Source: a virus. From it: a stretch of DNA of 5,867 nt. The stretch lies in UHGV virus genome UHGV-0285353; one strand, 5' to 3'. The position numbers and the translations under genes were made by a program. Of this stretch, positions 5,441 to 5,867 are shown piece by piece (the stretch's first letter is position 1; every line of letters starts with the position of its first letter). Below the pieces are notes generated by a model. That model was given only the letters and a program-made list of their open reading frames with translations, did not search any database and had not been told where the DNA came from.

Positions 5441-5867
5441 CTTTAGCTGCTCCTATAACGATATAAGCTGCATAGATGTACGAACATGCAATCAATGCAG
5501 GTTTAGCCAATTCAAGGATTGAGCAGACAGGTTGAAGGCTTAAAGAAAATGATGTTGTAACACCAAGCACACTAATGGTTTGAGGCTCAGGCGTAGGACA
5601 TTTATCGTCTACAGAAAATCTATTTGCATTGAATACAGAGAAATCAAAAGTACGTTTATCTTCCGTATCAATCTTTGTTTCATCTGCTGTGTAAGGCTTG
5701 GTTTCTCTATTAAGCCAGTCATCCCACTTCTGGAACTTCTCAACGAATAACTTAGGGAAATTAATTGCAGCATTCGCAGCTTGACAGACAGTCGGTGCCC
5801 ACTCACAGAACACTGGAAAGTTAATTGTTATGTCAGTCGGTGGCGCTTTAGGTGCTGTAGGATCATC
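5433..5867 (-). CDS. pIII-like adsorption protein, C-terminal 144 codons. The ORF continues beyond the window end, so the 5433..5813 track ORF is only the GTG-anchored tail of a longer frame.
   Basis: The frame is open from base 5867 to stop 5435..5433. It contains a Pro-rich linker DDPTAPKAPPTD, a Cys-containing domain, and a C-terminal membrane anchor LIACSYIYAAYIVIGAAKGG typical of pIII. It is in the same frame as the 1..885 fragment if the sequence is circular. Confidence 0.6.
   Translation of the reverse strand, partial: DDPTAPKAPPTDITINFPVFCEWAPTVCQAANAAINFPKLFVEKFQKWDDWLNRETKPYTADETKIDTEDKRTFDFSVFNANRFSVDDKCPTPEPQTISVLGVTTSFSLSLQPVCSILELAKPALIACSYIYAAYIVIGAAKGG

Larger units (their letters stand above)
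1..5867 (-). mobile_element. Filamentous phage (inovirus-like) genome or prophage, essentially complete. Gene set: Rep, ssDNA-binding protein, major coat, pIII, pVI, pI/Zot, all on one strand.
   Basis: Canonical inovirus gene content and order are read directly from the translations. The small size and single-strand gene orientation fit. The pIII gene is split across the window ends in a compatible frame. Confidence 0.8.

Noticed and set aside
5609-5806. 65-aa minus-strand ORF
   Set aside because: It lies wholly inside the pIII C-terminal coding region in an alternative frame. The pIII frame is open through the whole region and has recognisable linker and anchor features.
1-5867. phiX174/pC194-type nick sequence CTTGATA on the viral strand as the origin
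   Set aside because: Scanning by eye found no exact occurrence on the minus strand. A similar TTGATAATAG on the plus strand at about 488-497 is antisense inside pIII and probably chance. The nick site for this Rep family is unknown.

Overview
The window reads as a nearly complete, probably complete and circularly permuted, genome of a small filamentous ssDNA phage (Inoviridae-like, about 5.9 kb). All major genes are on the minus strand, in the order pIII(C-term)-pVI-pI/Zot | IG | 63-aa TM protein - RHH regulator - terminator - HUH rolling-circle Rep | divergent region with a plus-strand 62-aa ORF | pV-like ssDNA-binding protein - hairpin - 64-aa membrane protein - pVIII major coat - hairpin - 21-aa peptide - pIII(N-term). 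The two partial pIII ORFs at the window edges are in the same frame, so joining base 5867 to base 1 would give one 439-aa adsorption protein. The Zot-like ATPase (Walker A GSGKT), the Rep (motifs LTLT / HPHFHILLF / YADKYVSK) and the coat protein (signal peptide plus an acidic-hydrophobic-basic mature region) are well supported directly from the translations. No integrase, secretin, tRNA, rRNA or CRISPR array is present. Beyond the core genes there are two candidate small regulator genes. One is a 65-aa RHH protein whose promoter is overlapped by two GTATATAC palindromes 11 bp apart. The other is a divergent 62-aa ORF next to three tandem ATGTTGTC repeats. Other points worth a second look are a 63-aa TM ORF carrying a GC-rich polypurine tract, several strong hairpins or terminators at gene junctions, a tiny translationally coupled ORF that is absent from the six-frame ORF track provided, and an intergenic region full of AGACAC/GTGTCT inverted motifs that may be the origin or packaging signal. 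Host is not determinable from the sequence alone; GC looks to be around 40% by eye.
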